A stretch of 64,000 bases of DNA from the NCBI RefSeq assembly GCF_006345805.1, contig NC_043024.1, forward strand, positions 558,001-622,000, read 5' to 3'. This stretch comes from Octopus sinensis (Eukaryota). The notes beneath the pieces are model-generated. The model was given only the letters and a program-made list of their open reading frames with translations, had not been told where the DNA came from and did no database searches. Below, in pieces: positions 62,363 to 64,000 of the stretch; the stretch's first letter is position 1, and each line of letters opens with the position of its first letter. Made by a program: the position numbers and the translations under genes.

Positions 62363-62384
62363 TTGTTGTTTTCTGTTTCTATAG

Positions 62385-62493
62385 GTATTGGCATCGTTCT
62401 TTAAATCCTCGGAAACTCATTGAAGTACGATTCTCTCACCTGGGGCGCAATATGACAATGCAAAGGACTCTAAAGTTTTATAAACTACCTGAC
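62385..62493 (+). CDS. NMT1: NMT coding exon 8 ([17 protein letters not shown]...)
   Basis: ctatag acceptor, 109 nt, phase 2/0, gtgagt donor. Confidence 0.96.
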
Positions 62494-63095
62494 GTGAGTG
62501 TTTTTACCAACCAAACTTCTTGTTTAACCTGTTAAATGCTATATTTGGAAATATTGTATGAGCTGTACCCTTAATTGGGAATAGATGAGTCTAGAAAGCT
62601 AACCCTAACCCTAATATTGCTGCTTCTCTCTTGACTTGAGTCCATTCTCTTGGGTGACATTTCCTAGACTAATTCGCTGAAGGAACCCTCTTTTTGAAAG
62701 AGTAAAAAACAGCAACATCTGAAGACTTAGATCAGTGGTTCTCAACCAGAGTCCAAATGACCCTTGGGGGTCCATATAAGATCCCAAAGTTTATGAGCAA
62801 AATAGATTTGTTATACTTCTACAAAATGCAAAATATTTTAACACTTTTTCTTATACAATTTTGAAAGATTTTAAATTATTTTTTTATTCTTTTTCTTGTT
62901 TCCGTCATTTGACTGCAGCCATGCTGGAGCACCACCTTGAAGGGTTTTAGTCAAACTAATCAATCTCAGGACTTATTTTGTAAGCCTGGTACTTATTCTA
63001 TTGTCTCTTTTGCTGAACTGCTTGGTTATGGGGACTTAAAGACACCAATACTGGTTGTCAAGCGGTGATGAGGACACACATATACACACACGTAT

Positions 63096-63126
<31 letters not shown>

Positions 63127-64000
63127 CAATGGGTTTCTTTCAGTTTTCATCTACCAAATCCACTCACAAGGCTTTGATTGGCCCAAGGCTATAGTAGGAG
63201 ACACTTGCCCAGTTGCCATGCTGTGGAACTAAATCCAGAACCATGTGGTTGGGAAGCAAGCCCCTTAACACATGGTCACACATGTGCCTATAAAACTATA
63301 ATAGAAACTTTTATATAACAGGGGTGTCCAGTAGAGTAAAATAGGAACCAAAGGGGGGTCCATAGGCATAAAATGGTTGAGAACCACTGGCTGAGATAGA
63401 AATTGACAAACCTGTGACTTAACTCTTTAGCATTTAAACCAGCTGTATGGTAAGAAGCTTGCTTCCCAATCATATGGCTCCTGGTTCAGTCCCACTGCGT
63501 AGCACCTTGGGCAAGTGTCTTCTTCTATAGCCTCAGGCCAACCAAAGCTTTGGGAATAGATATGGTAGACAGAAATGGAAAGATGCCTTTTGTGTGTGTG
63601 TGTTTGTCACCCCACCACCACTTGACAACCAGTACTGATGTGTTTACATCCTCATAACTTAGTGGTTCAGCAAACCAGACTGATAGAATAAGTGTCAGAC
63701 TTTGGGGTTGATACATTTGACTAAAAATTCTTCAAGGTGGTACCCCAGTATGGCCACTGCCTAATGGCAGAAACAAGCAAAAGACAAAAGATATATCTGG
63801 CCCAAAACATTCAACCTGTTTTCTCTTCAAACTGGTCAGTGCTTTCCTAGAATATTGGCCTTCTTGCCTGGACAGTGGGATGGTGTCATTTGAAAGCTAA
63901 AACAATGCAAAGTGCATTGTGACCAGCAATAGTCTGGTGGATACCCAAATATACCCTGATATATAACACGCTACTTTCAGTTTCCATCATGTACTTTTCC

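Larger units (their letters stand above)
14670..62493 (+). other. NMT1: Glycylpeptide N-tetradecanoyltransferase (N-myristoyltransferase) gene, partial; exons 14670-14770, 34879-35134, 46359-46500, 49126-49256, 50960-51051, 53438-53554, 55619-55789, 62385-62493; 3' exons beyond window
   Basis: Eight GT-AG exons join in frame (1119 nt, 373 aa) with NMT motifs [53 protein letters not shown]. Invertebrate co-orthologue of NMT1/NMT2. Exon sizes 92/117/171/109 agree with my recollection of the vertebrate gene. Confidence 0.96.

Overview
AT-rich, repeat-dense eukaryotic genomic DNA. The SINE, RTE and Penelope repeat content resembles an Octopus (coleoid cephalopod) genome; this is inferred, not proven. 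Two spliced genes lie head-to-head. On the minus strand is EFCAB1/calaxin: 5 coding exons at 5639-1013, 142 aa visible, 3' end outside the window. On the plus strand is N-myristoyltransferase (NMT): 8 coding exons at 14670-62493, 373 aa visible, 3' end outside the window, with a 20 kb first intron. All exon phases join into open frames. The introns and intergenic DNA hold a young 5'-truncated RTE LINE with an intact 468-aa ORF, a decayed Penelope-like element (PLE), Tc1/mariner relics of DD34D, DD36E and DD37D type, MITEs, a 5S rRNA pseudogene, many SINEs and microsatellites. The most notable observation is a set of type I hammerhead-ribozyme-like motifs. Two form a perfect 132-bp palindrome at 8936-9067. 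Two more well-formed ones (13023-13070, 14008-14084) and a decayed one (about 16700) carry a non-canonical CCGANGA core. All have a palindromic helix III, and the four best lie in the divergent EFCAB1/NMT promoter interval. Also notable are two RFX X-box motifs upstream of the ciliary gene and inverted retroposon repeats flanking the symmetric 171-nt NMT exon 7 (circRNA/editing candidate). None of this has been computed or searched; all calls come from manual reading.
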